This document shows positions 19,567 to 28,722 of a stretch of DNA of 32,000 nucleotides, piece by piece. How positions within the stretch are numbered: position 1 is the first letter of the stretch; each line of letters starts with the position of its first letter. The translations under genes were made by a program, and so were the position numbers. Source of the stretch: Candidatus Kuenenia stuttgartensis (GTDB taxonomy: Bacteria; Planctomycetota; Brocadiia; Brocadiales; Brocadiaceae); assembly GCF_900232105.1 (NCBI RefSeq), contig NZ_LT934425.1, positions 4,080,001-4,112,000 of the forward strand, written 5' to 3'. The notes under the pieces were generated by a model, which had not been told where the DNA came from, did not search any database, and saw nothing but the letters and a program-made list of their open reading frames with translations.

Positions 19567-22251
19567 ATGGAAAACGATTTACCATCACACTACAGTCCAA
19601 AAGAAGTTGAATATAAATGGTACCGCTTTTGGGAAGAAAGCGGTTTTTTCCACAGTGAACCATCGTCTTCAAAAAAACCCTACACTATTGTTATCCCCCC
19701 CCCGAATGTCACTGGCGTCCTTCACGTGGGCCATGCTCTCAATAATATAATTCAGGATATTTTAATCCGATGGAAAAGAATGCAGGGCTTTAATGTGCTT
19801 TGGATGCCGGGAACAGACCACGCGGGAATTGCAACACAAAATGTAGTTGAACGGGAGCTTTCTTCAAAAAATATTAAACGACAGGATATAGGACGTGAAC
19901 GTTTTATAGAAGAGGTCTGGAAGTGGAAACAGCAATATGGCTCTACTATCATTCAACAATTAAAAAAACTAGGGAGTTCCTGTGACTGGCAGAGAGAGCG
20001 GTTTACCATGGATGAAGGCCTTTCCGATGCAGTAAAAGAAACATTTGTAAGACTTTACCGCAAGGGGCTGATTTATAAAGGCAAGTACATGATAAATTGG
20101 TGCCCAAGATGCCGCACTGCCCTGGCCGATGATGAAGTTGAACATGAAGAACACGAAGGACATCTATGGCATATAAAATATTCTTTTAAAGAAAATCCAC
20201 AACAACATATCGTTGTGGCAACAACAAGGCCAGAAACCATGCTTGGCGACGTTGCCGTGGCTGTCAATCCAAAGGATGACCGCTACAAAGATTTTATAGG
20301 CAAAACCCTCCTGCTGCCTATATTGGGCAGGGAACTGCCAGTGGTGGCAGACGACTTTGTTAGTCCTTCATTCGGTACAGGCGCAGTAAAAGTAACTCCC
20401 GCACATGATCCAAATGACTTTGCAATAGGCATGCGGCATGCCCTGCCTTCAATTGTTGTTATGGACGAAGATGGAACTATGAATATTAATGCGGGAGATT
20501 ACAATGGACAGGATCGTTTTGAGTGCAGAACCGCATTGGTAGAAGATTTAAAATTAAGAAAGCACATCGATAGAATTATCCCTCACAAACATTCCGTAGG
20601 CCACTGTTACCGATGCCAAACCGTCATTGAACCGTATTTTTCGAATCAATGGTTTGTTAAAATGCGCCCTCTTGCAGATGCTGCAATACAAGCGAGTTTA
20701 AACAAATCAGTCACTTTTTACCCGGAACGCTGGGAAAAAGTTTATTTAAGCTGGTTAGATAACGTAAGAGATTGGTGTATATCAAGGCAAATCTGGTGGG
20801 GACACCGCATACCCGCATGGTATTGCTACGACTGTGGTGCTATTTCCGTTTCAACTGGGGATATAAATCAATGCACAAAATGCAGCAGCCCCCGCCTTAA
20901 ACAGGACGAGGATGTTCTTGATACATGGTTTAGTTCGGCGCTTTGGCCTTTTTCAACATTAGGTTGGCCCAAAGAAACTCCGGAATTGGCATATTACTAC
21001 CCAACATCAACCCTTGTCACCGATAGAGGCATTATCTATTTCTGGGTGGCGCGCATGGTTATGATGGGAATTGAGATGGTGAAACAGGTTCCTTTTTCGC
21101 ACGTATATATTCACGGAACAATTCTCGACGAACAGGGAAGAAAAATGAGCAAATCCCTGGGTAATGGCATAGACCCGCTTCTCATGATTGACCGTTATGG
21201 CGCGGACGCCGTGCGTTTCTCAATTATTATTCTTACCACAGAAGGGCAAGACGTCAAACTATCTGAAAGCAAATTCGAGATGGGGAGAAATTTTACCAAT
21301 AAGCTTTGGAATGCGGCTCGCTTCATATTTATGAATCTAAGTGAAGAAAACCCCGAAGAAATAACCTATGATATAACGACACTTCCGTTTGAAGATAAAT
21401 GGATTCATAGCCGTTTAAATACTACAATTGAAGAATGCACTGCTTCTTTAGACCAATATAAATTTAACGATGCTGCAATGAAAATGTACGATTTCACATG
21501 GCATACATTCTGTGACTGGTATTTGGAAATAGTTAAACATCGTTTAAACAACGCTAACAATAGAATCGACAAAAAAAATGCTCAAACAACTCTTGCAATT
21601 ATATTTGGCAAAACGTTACATTTACTGCACCCCTTTATCCCATTTATCACTGAAGAACTATGGAATAATTTAACCCGTATTGCTCAGCATAACAAAATTG
21701 CACTTCAAATTGGTGGGACAGGTAGTTCTCTTGTAACAAGCCGGTGTCCAATATTCAGTAAACAATTTGCAGATGATACTTCTGAACACATTATGCCTGT
21801 CCTGCAGGACATAATAAGAGCTATCAGAAATATACGCAGCAAAATGGATATTAAGGATAAGCAAAGATTAAAGGCAGTAATTTCTTACCCCCGGGATTTT
21901 GTATACGGTTTGCATGAACATACAAATATGTTAAAGAGAATGGCGAATCTTGAAGAATTGGATATGGGGATTGAATTGCAGAAACCAAGCCATTCTGCAA
22001 GTGAAGTAATTGGAAATCTTCAGGTCTTCGTATTACTTGCCGGCATATTGGACCCGCTTGCAGAAAAAGACCGGCAGTTAAAGCACTTGAAACAATTGGA
22101 AAACCATCTGACCATTATACGCCGTAAACTTAATAATGAAAATTTTGTAGCAAAAGCACCACCGCAAATCGTCGAAACAGAACGGAAAAAAGAAGATGAT
22201 CTACAAGTGCAAATAGAAAAAGTTAAACACATTTTATTAAATATTGGATAA
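19567..22251 (+). CDS. valS: Valyl-tRNA synthetase
   Basis: ORF 19483..22251; ATG at 19567 begins MENDLPSHYSPKEVEYKWYRFWEESGFF. PPPNVTGVLHVGHAL (HIGH class) and KMSKSLGN (KMSKS). Confidence 0.97.
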   Translation: MENDLPSHYSPKEVEYKWYRFWEESGFFHSEPSSSKKPYTIVIPPPNVTGVLHVGHALNNIIQDILIRWKRMQGFNVLWMPGTDHAGIATQNVVERELSSKNIKRQDIGRERFIEEVWKWKQQYGSTIIQQLKKLGSSCDWQRERFTMDEGLSDAVKETFVRLYRKGLIYKGKYMINWCPRCRTALADDEVEHEEHEGHLWHIKYSFKENPQQHIVVATTRPETMLGDVAVAVNPKDDRYKDFIGKTLLLPILGRELPVVADDFVSPSFGTGAVKVTPAHDPNDFAIGMRHALPSIVVMDEDGTMNINAGDYNGQDRFECRTALVEDLKLRKHIDRIIPHKHSVGHCYRCQTVIEPYFSNQWFVKMRPLADAAIQASLNKSVTFYPERWEKVYLSWLDNVRDWCISRQIWWGHRIPAWYCYDCGAISVSTGDINQCTKCSSPRLKQDEDVLDTWFSSALWPFSTLGWPKETPELAYYYPTSTLVTDRGIIYFWVARMVMMGIEMVKQVPFSHVYIHGTILDEQGRKMSKSLGNGIDPLLMIDRYGADAVRFSIIILTTEGQDVKLSESKFEMGRNFTNKLWNAARFIFMNLSEENPEEITYDITTLPFEDKWIHSRLNTTIEECTASLDQYKFNDAAMKMYDFTWHTFCDWYLEIVKHRLNNANNRIDKKNAQTTLAIIFGKTLHLLHPFIPFITEELWNNLTRIAQHNKIALQIGGTGSSLVTSRCPIFSKQFADDTSEHIMPVLQDIIRAIRNIRSKMDIKDKQRLKAVISYPRDFVYGLHEHTNMLKRMANLEELDMGIELQKPSHSASEVIGNLQVFVLLAGILDPLAEKDRQLKHLKQLENHLTIIRRKLNNENFVAKAPPQIVETERKKEDDLQVQIEKVKHILLNIG

Positions 22252-22255
22252 CAAA

Positions 22256-23686
22256 ATGAAACAAAAATATGCGCCTTTCACCACGACAACAATTAAATTT
22301 TTAAAACTTTTATTAAAAAGAAAACATTGGTTTTTTGTAGTACCTTTCTTTTTGCTATGGTTAAATTTTGTTGCTCTTAAAGCAGATGAACAAATTTTGA
22401 ATGCAACTATTAAAATGTGCCCGAAATGCAATGAACTTTACCAAAACAACGAAAAGTTTTGCGGGAAAGACGGGACCGTATTGTCAGATACTAACGGCAA
22501 GTTAGTATGTCCTGTTTGTAAAAAAGAGGGCTCTGGCAATGAAAAATTTTGTGTTGAACATGGAGAAAAGTTAATACCCATAGAAAGACTCTCTGCGGGA
22601 AAAGACCCCGCTGATTTAGAGCGTAACATGTCTCTCGCTGCTAAATATTATCAGGAAGGAAATACGCATTGTGACAACGAATCGTATGATTTAGCTTTAA
22701 AATCTTATCTGAAAGCGGAAGAAGTTTATCCCGATCTTCCCGGGCTGCATTATAATATGGGGTGGCTCTATAGTAAACTAGGAGATGTGGACAGTGCCGT
22801 TGACCACTTGCAAAAATATATCATTCTCGCTCCTGACAGTAAAGACATTACTGAAGTACGGAGTTACATCGCATTATTAAAACAAGCTCACCAGAAAAAA
22901 ATTGAAGTTATTGAAAAGTACAAATCGCGAGACGAGGCAATGGAAAAGGCGCTTGAAATTCAAAACAAAAAACATGATACCGTTTTGATACCGGCTGGCA
23001 AATTCAGTATGGGGACAAATGAAGCACGCGATGTTTCTCAACCTGAGCATGTCGTATATTTGGATGCGTATGAAATAGATCGTTACGAAATTACAAATGC
23101 ACAATACTGGGAATTTGTAAAATACATAGAAGAGACAAATGACCATAGCAAATGTTTCAAGGATGAACCAATCGGTAAAGACCACAAACCCAGATATTGG
23201 GAAGATGAATATTACAATGTGCCGGATTACCCGGTGGCAAGAGTTGATTGGTATGATGCTTATGCCTATGCCGCGTGGAAGGGGAAGAGACTGCCCACTG
23301 AAGCTGAATGGGAAAAGGCTGCGAGGGGATTGGATGTAAGGGCATTCCCATGGGGTAATGAATGGGATCACACAAGATGCAACCTGAGCGGAGAACCCAT
23401 GCCTGTTGGAAGCGTTGAATCCGGCAAAAGCATGTATGGTTGCTATGACATGAGCGGAAGCGTATTCGAATGGTGTAATGATTGGTTTTCTAGCACGTAT
23501 TATCAATATTCTCCTTCAATTAATCCGACAGGCCCGGAAAAAGGTGAGCGGAAACTTATTCGTGGTGGCTCACGATTTTCAAGACCTTTTCAAGTCCGTG
23601 TTACAGAAAGAAAATCAGAACGGCCTGATTTATTCAATATGGCAATAGGATTTAGATGTGCAAAAGACGTCGAGGTTAAAGAGTAA
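22256..23686 (+). CDS. Membrane-anchored zinc-ribbon / TPR / SUMF1-like (formylglycine-generating-enzyme-fold) protein
   Basis: ORF 22244..23686, likely ATG at 22256; hydrophobic N-terminus, CPKCNELYQNNEKFCG and CPVCKKEGSGNEKFC ribbons, TPR-like repeats, then IPAGKFSMGTNEARDVSQPEHVVYLDAYEIDRYEITNAQYWEFV ... GWCND-type SUMF1 motifs. Confidence 0.85.
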   Translation: MKQKYAPFTTTTIKFLKLLLKRKHWFFVVPFFLLWLNFVALKADEQILNATIKMCPKCNELYQNNEKFCGKDGTVLSDTNGKLVCPVCKKEGSGNEKFCVEHGEKLIPIERLSAGKDPADLERNMSLAAKYYQEGNTHCDNESYDLALKSYLKAEEVYPDLPGLHYNMGWLYSKLGDVDSAVDHLQKYIILAPDSKDITEVRSYIALLKQAHQKKIEVIEKYKSRDEAMEKALEIQNKKHDTVLIPAGKFSMGTNEARDVSQPEHVVYLDAYEIDRYEITNAQYWEFVKYIEETNDHSKCFKDEPIGKDHKPRYWEDEYYNVPDYPVARVDWYDAYAYAAWKGKRLPTEAEWEKAARGLDVRAFPWGNEWDHTRCNLSGEPMPVGSVESGKSMYGCYDMSGSVFEWCNDWFSSTYYQYSPSINPTGPEKGERKLIRGGSRFSRPFQVRVTERKSERPDLFNMAIGFRCAKDVEVKE

Positions 23687-23820
23687 AAATAATATGTTAC
23701 CTAAATCCTGCAAACAAGGCAAAGCCTTGTTGCAGGAATAGGATTGAAATGGTAGGATTTCCAAGGTATTCGGCGGTATATTGATAACAAAAAACACCTG
23801 AAAGGAGATTCACCATTTCG

Positions 23821-25158
23821 ATGAAGAATATAGCAAAAAAATACAGCAAAAGACAACCGAAAATCAAGGCAGAGATGAGCGGGAAAGGCTTAACGGTACA
23901 TGCAGGGCTTTTACCGGTATTGAATTTTATGGGTAAGCTGATGTTCCGGGAGAGAGTCCATGAAGCGGTCCATAAGGATCGTGGAGCAAATGCCCGGTAT
24001 CAGTTTGTCGATGCGGTACAAATGGTAGTGATAGGGTTGATAGCAGGGGCGACATCGATGGTAGAGGTGATGAAGGTGTGTACAGATGAGGTATTGAAGA
24101 AGATGTCCGGGTGGAAAGAGGTACCTGTAGATACTACGATAGGACGTATTATGAAGCTGGCGAGTCAGGGAGATATAGTGGAACTGACGGGGGTGATCCA
24201 CCGGTTTAGGGGAAAGATATGGAAGCGTGCGGTGAGATCAGGCCATAAACTCAGGAGTGCTCTTTGCGAAGTATGGATAGATGTTGATTCTACCGTAGAT
24301 GGTGTATATGGGAAACAGGAGGGTGCAGAGGTAGGATATAATCCGCACAAGAAGGGGCAGAAGGCGTATCATCCCTTAATGGCATTTATTGCAGAAACAA
24401 AGGAGGTATTACATAGTTGGTTCCGCTGTGGAAGCGCCTACACGAGTAACGGAGTAGTAGAGTTCATGAAGGAATGTATGGCGTACATGAATAAGGGGGT
24501 AAGGGTGGTATTTCGGGGAGACAGCGGTTTTTTTACCGGAGAATTACTTGAATACCTTGAGTCAATATTGGCGGGATATCTGATTAAGGTAAAGCTGAAG
24601 AATCTGGAAGGATTGCTTGAAGGGCAGAAATGGAATGAGGTGAAAGGGGAGCCAGGATGGGAACAGGCTGAATTTTGGTATCGATGTGCAGGGTGGGATC
24701 GTGCGAGACGTTTTGTGGCAGTGCGGCAATTGGTCAAAAGAGAAAAGAAATTAGTAGAAGTGTCCGTGTATGAGTATTTTTGTTACGTTACAACGGAGCG
24801 GTTAAGTCCGATGGAAGCGCATCGTTGTTATGGAAAGAGGGCTACCTGCGAGACTTTGATAGAAGAGAGTAAAGGACAGATGAATGCGGGGCACATACGT
24901 ACGGGTGAATTTTTGGCCAATGCTGCGCTATTTCAGTGTGCGGTGTTAGCGTATAATCTTTTGAAGTGGATGGGATTGCTCAGTGGTGGAGTGATACAAC
25001 AGTGGGAAGTAAAGACGATGAGACTGTGGTTAATCCGTGTGGCAGGGAAACTGGTGGAGAGAAGCCGGCAGATGACATTAAAATTGCCGGAGAAATTTCT
25101 CCATCAGGAGGAATGGGAAAAGTGGGAACGCATGTCACTGGATGTAGTTTTTCAGTAG
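23821..25158 (+). CDS. IS1380-family transposase
   Basis: 445 aa; WIDVDSTVDGVYGKQEGAEVGYNPHKKGQKAYHPLMAF, FRGDSGFF, YLIKVKLKN, ATCETLIEESKGQMNAGHIRT. Confidence 0.93.
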   Translation: MKNIAKKYSKRQPKIKAEMSGKGLTVHAGLLPVLNFMGKLMFRERVHEAVHKDRGANARYQFVDAVQMVVIGLIAGATSMVEVMKVCTDEVLKKMSGWKEVPVDTTIGRIMKLASQGDIVELTGVIHRFRGKIWKRAVRSGHKLRSALCEVWIDVDSTVDGVYGKQEGAEVGYNPHKKGQKAYHPLMAFIAETKEVLHSWFRCGSAYTSNGVVEFMKECMAYMNKGVRVVFRGDSGFFTGELLEYLESILAGYLIKVKLKNLEGLLEGQKWNEVKGEPGWEQAEFWYRCAGWDRARRFVAVRQLVKREKKLVEVSVYEYFCYVTTERLSPMEAHRCYGKRATCETLIEESKGQMNAGHIRTGEFLANAALFQCAVLAYNLLKWMGLLSGGVIQQWEVKTMRLWLIRVAGKLVERSRQMTLKLPEKFLHQEEWEKWERMSLDVVFQ

Positions 25159-25378
25159 AAAACCGACGTTGTATTTCGTTTTTTTAGTCTTTTGAGAGTG
25201 GTAAGTATACCGCAGATGGAGACAGTACATCCCTATCTTGATTTTCATTGCATCAGAGAGCACGTTTCCGACAATTTCCCATGTCTTTTTGTTTAAAGTA
25301 GTACAATAGCGCTACCACAATTGCTAAAAAACGGATATCTGTTATCGCTTTTTGCCAATCTTGGTAGTGGAAAATACT

Positions 25379-25399
25379 GATTTTCGCATTGCGAAAATC
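25379..25399. repeat. Near-terminal palindrome in IS copy A
   Basis: GATTTTCGCA T TGCGAAAATC: perfect 10-bp arms around one base. The same sequence is at 26951..26971 in copy B. Confidence 0.85.
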
Positions 25400-25631
25400 G
25401 TTTGCAGGATTTAGGTGTAATTATTAAACGCACATTCTCAAACGCCCAGACTTGGGTTAATGAGCCTTGTAGTAACAAAAATCACGATAAATCTTCGCAT
25501 ATAGCATGGGTTAAGACGAATAAATCGTTTCATTCTAAAATCTTGAAATACCTAAACTGGTTGGTTAATCAAAACCAAACAAGCAGAAAACATGAATGGG
25601 TGGAACAACAGACTTCACAAATTAAAAAAAA

Positions 25632-25785
25632 TGTAACACTTTATTTTTTTGAAAAATTCCAATAATAACATTGTTTTGCCGCACGGTGTAGGGAGCGAAG
25701 CATTTGCATGTTTGGGCATGAACGCAGGTATTCCAGTTATCGCAAATACTTTGCCCCTACGGTCTCAAAAAACTGAAGTGTTACA
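25632..25785. mobile_element. MITE-like 154-bp inverted-repeat element
   Basis: Outer arms TGTAACACTTTATTTTTTTGA (25632..25652) and TCAAAAAACTGAAGTGTTACA (25765..25785) match at 19/21 positions as reverse complements. Inner arms GTAGGGAGCGAAGCATTTGC (25688..25707) and GCAAATACTTTGCCCCTAC (25742..25760) are imperfect reverse complements. No ORF. Confidence 0.55.
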
Positions 25786-25811
25786 AAAAAATTAGTATTT
25801 CAGATTTCACC

Positions 25812-25879
25812 TTAAATATTTTGCCAAAAAGCACGCACTGACGAATGGAAGTGTGCTAAAAAATTACTGATAAGGTACT
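25812..25879 (+). repeat. Two-part dispersed motif, copy 2
   Basis: TTAAATATTTTGCC (25812..25825) and AAATTACTGATAAGGTACT (25861..25879), about 50 bp upstream of the ureohydrolase ORF. Confidence 0.65.
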
Positions 25880-25928
25880 TCGACGTTACATTTTCACTAT
25901 TAGCGTAACTGAAATATAATCATAGAAC

Positions 25929-26852
25929 ATGTTAAAAAAATTAAGAGATTCTGTTTTGTCTTCTGTTCAATTTGGCGCGTTTTGCTACAATTTCAAATCT
26001 GAACTTGAAGCATACAATAAATCAAAAGTTATTCTATTTGGGGTGCCCTACGATGGAACCGTTTCATATCAATCCGGCACAAAAAAAGGACCAAATGCTA
26101 TATTAGATGCATCTGTTAATATCGAACCATACGATGATGAATTGGGAAATATTTTTAAAATCGGAATCTTTACGGTAGGCAATTTAAATATTGAAGAATT
26201 TTACACCAATGAAAAAAAAGTTATGGAAGAAATATTTACTTGCAGTAGAAAGGTGATAGATGATAATAAGTTTTTGGTGACCTTGGGTGGTGAGCATTCA
26301 ATATCCCAAGGTGCGATAAAAGCATATAAAAATAAATATAAAAAATTATCTGTACTTCAGTTAGATGCTCATTTAGATTTATTAAATGAGTTTGGCGGCA
26401 GCAAATATAATCATGCGAGTGTAATGAGAAGAGTTGTTGAAGATATAGGCTGCAGAGTAACAAGTTTTGGTGTCAGGGTAACTTCTCAGGAAGAATTGGA
26501 ATTTGTGAAAAAAAATAAAAAATCTGTGTCGGTATTTTATGCCAGGAATATTTACAACAATGATTTATGGCATGATGAAGCATTGAAAACTTTAGAAGAA
26601 AATGTCTATATAACTTTAGATGTTGATGGTTTAGATATTTCTATAATGCCTGCTACCGGTACACCCGTTCCAGGGGGGATTGGGTGGTATCAGACAATAG
26701 ATTTTTTGAGGAAAGTTTATGAGAAGAAAAATGTTGTTGGATTCGATATTGTAGAGTTAAAACCAAACATAGGGAATGAAGCTCCAAATTTTTTAGCAGC
26801 GAATCTTGTTTACAAAAATATTGGTTTTTACAAAAAATATTCCAGACAATAA
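25929..26852 (+). CDS. speB: Ureohydrolase family protein (agmatinase/arginase-like)
   Basis: 307 aa; LGGEHSISQGAI, LDAHLDL, NHASVMRRV, TLDVDGLDISIMPATGTPVPGGIGW. Substrate cannot be fixed from sequence. Confidence 0.85.
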   Translation: MLKKLRDSVLSSVQFGAFCYNFKSELEAYNKSKVILFGVPYDGTVSYQSGTKKGPNAILDASVNIEPYDDELGNIFKIGIFTVGNLNIEEFYTNEKKVMEEIFTCSRKVIDDNKFLVTLGGEHSISQGAIKAYKNKYKKLSVLQLDAHLDLLNEFGGSKYNHASVMRRVVEDIGCRVTSFGVRVTSQEELEFVKKNKKSVSVFYARNIYNNDLWHDEALKTLEENVYITLDVDGLDISIMPATGTPVPGGIGWYQTIDFLRKVYEKKNVVGFDIVELKPNIGNEAPNFLAANLVYKNIGFYKKYSRQ

Positions 26853-26934
26853 AATGACAAGACAGTGCCAATAAATAAAGGTATTACGATTTTACCCACT
26901 TGAAACTAGAAAGAGCCAAAAATATATTATTACA

Positions 26935-28649
26935 CCTAAATCCTGCAAACGATTTTCGCAATGCGAAAATCAGTATTTTCCACTACCAAGATTGGCAAAA
27001 AGCGATAACAGATATCCGTTTTTTAGCAATTGTGGTAGCGCTATTGTACTACTTTAAACAAAAAGACATGGGAAATTGTCGGAAACGTGCTCTCTGATGC
27101 AATGAAAATCAAGATAGGGATGTACTGTCTCCATCTGCGGTATACTTACCACTCTCAAAAGACTAAAAAAACGAAATACAACGTCGGTTTTCTACTGAAA
27201 AACTACATCCAGTGACATGCGTTCCCACTTTTCCCATTCCTCCTGATGGAGAAATTTCTCCGGCAATTTTAATGTCATCTGCCGGCTTCTCTCCACCAGT
27301 TTCCCTGCCACACGGATTAACCACAGTCTCATCGTCTTTACTTCCCACTGTTGTATCACTCCACCACTGAGCAATCCCATCCACTTCAAAAGATTATACG
27401 CTAACACCGCACACTGAAATAGCGCAGCATTGGCCAAAAATTCACCCGTACGTATGTGCCCCGCATTCATCTGTCCTTTACTCTCTTCTATCAAAGTCTC
27501 GCAGGTAGCCCTCTTTCCATAACAACGATGCGCTTCCATCGGACTTAACCGCTCCGTTGTAACGTAACAAAAATACTCATACACGGACACTTCTACTAAT
27601 TTCTTTTCTCTTTTGACCAATTGCCGCACTGCCACAAAACGTCTCGCACGATCCCACCCTGCACATCGATACCAAAATTCAGCCTGTTCCCATCCTGGCT
27701 CCCCTTTCACCTCATTCCATTTCTGCCCTTCAAGCAATCCTTCCAGATTCTTCAGCTTTACCTTAATCAGATATCCCGCCAATATTGACTCAAGGTATTC
27801 AAGTAATTCTCCGGTAAAAAAACCGCTGTCTCCCCGAAATACCACCCTTACCCCCTTATTCATGTACGCCATACATTCCTTCATGAACTCTACTACTCCG
27901 TTACTCGTGTAGGCGCTTCCACAGCGGAACCAACTATGTAATACCTCCTTTGTTTCTGCAATAAATGCCATTAAGGGATGATACGCCTTCTGCCCCTTCT
28001 TGTGCGGATTATATCCTACCTCTGCACCCTCCTGTTTCCCATATACACCATCTACGGTAGAATCAACATCTATCCATACTTCGCAAAGAGCACTCCTGAG
28101 TTTATGGCCTGATCTCACCGCACGCTTCCATATCTTTCCCCTAAACCGGTGGATCACCCCCGTCAGTTCCACTATATCTCCCTGACTCGCCAGCTTCATA
28201 ATACGTCCTATCGTAGTATCTACAGGTACCTCTTTCCAACCGGACATCTTCTTCAATACCTCATCTGTACACACCTTCATCACCTCTACCATCGATGTCG
28301 CCCCTGCTATCAACCCTATCACTACCATTTGTACCGCATCGACAAACTGATACCGGGCATTTGCTCCACGATCCTTATGGACCGCTTCATGGACTCTCTC
28401 CCGGAACATCAGCTTACCCATAAATTCAATACCGGTAAAAGCCCTGCATGTACCGTTAAGCCTTTCCCGCTCATCTCTGCCTTGATTTTCGGTTGTCTTT
28501 TGCTGTATTTTTTTGCTATATTCTTCATCGAAATGGTGAATCTCCTTTCAGGTGTTTTTTGTTATCAATATACCGCCGAATACCTTGGAAATCCTACCAT
28601 TTCAATCCTATTCCTGCAACAAGGCTTTGCCTTGTTTGCAGGATTTAGG
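26935..28649 (-). mobile_element. IS1380-family insertion sequence, copy B (1715 bp), inverted relative to copy A
   Basis: Same 16-bp TIRs at 26935..26950 and 28634..28649; internal sequence nearly identical to copy A. Confidence 0.93.
27192..28528 (-). pseudogene. IS1380-family transposase with an N-terminal 1-bp frameshift
   Basis: The start region at 28528 matches copy A, but a T-run reads GAATTTATGGG in place of GAATTTTATGGG near 28421. The ORF track therefore shows only 27192..28421 (409 aa, starting MGKLMFRERV). Length is 1337 nt versus 1338 nt in copy A. Confidence 0.8.
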
Positions 28650-28663
28650 TAACAAAATAAAAT

Positions 28664-28695
28664 AAAAAAAGGCATCTAAAAAGATGCCTTTTTTT
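28664..28695 (-). terminator. Rho-independent terminator for the cytochrome operon, possibly bidirectional
   Basis: AAAAAAA GGCATCT AAAA AGATGCC TTTTTTT: perfect 7-bp stem with A/T tracts on both sides, just past the stop of the 28723..30477 gene. Confidence 0.88.
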
Positions 28696-28722
28696 AAAAT
28701 TATCACTCAATTTAATACATTA

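Larger units (their letters stand above)
23700..25415 (+). mobile_element. IS1380-family insertion sequence, copy A (1716 bp)
   Basis: Perfect 16-bp terminal inverted repeats CCTAAATCCTGCAAAC (23700..23715) / GTTTGCAGGATTTAGG (25400..25415) enclosing a full-length transposase ORF. Confidence 0.93.

Noticed and set aside
22244-22251. Translational overlap of valS with the SUMF1-like gene.
   Set aside because: The overlap depends on a TTG start at 22244; the ATG at 22256 lies after the valS stop, so a true overlap is not supported.
23911-24201. ORFs antisense to the IS1380 transposases (23911..24201, 24438..24737, 24966..25187 and mirror copies in copy B, including 28149..28652).
   Set aside because: They appear in duplicate only because the IS is duplicated; they are shadows of the transposase reading frame, and the 167-aa version arises from non-coding IS end sequence.
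26900-27097. 65-aa ORF crossing the left end of IS copy B.
   Set aside because: It spans the TIR and non-coding IS end; its sequence is explained by the element boundary rather than a gene.
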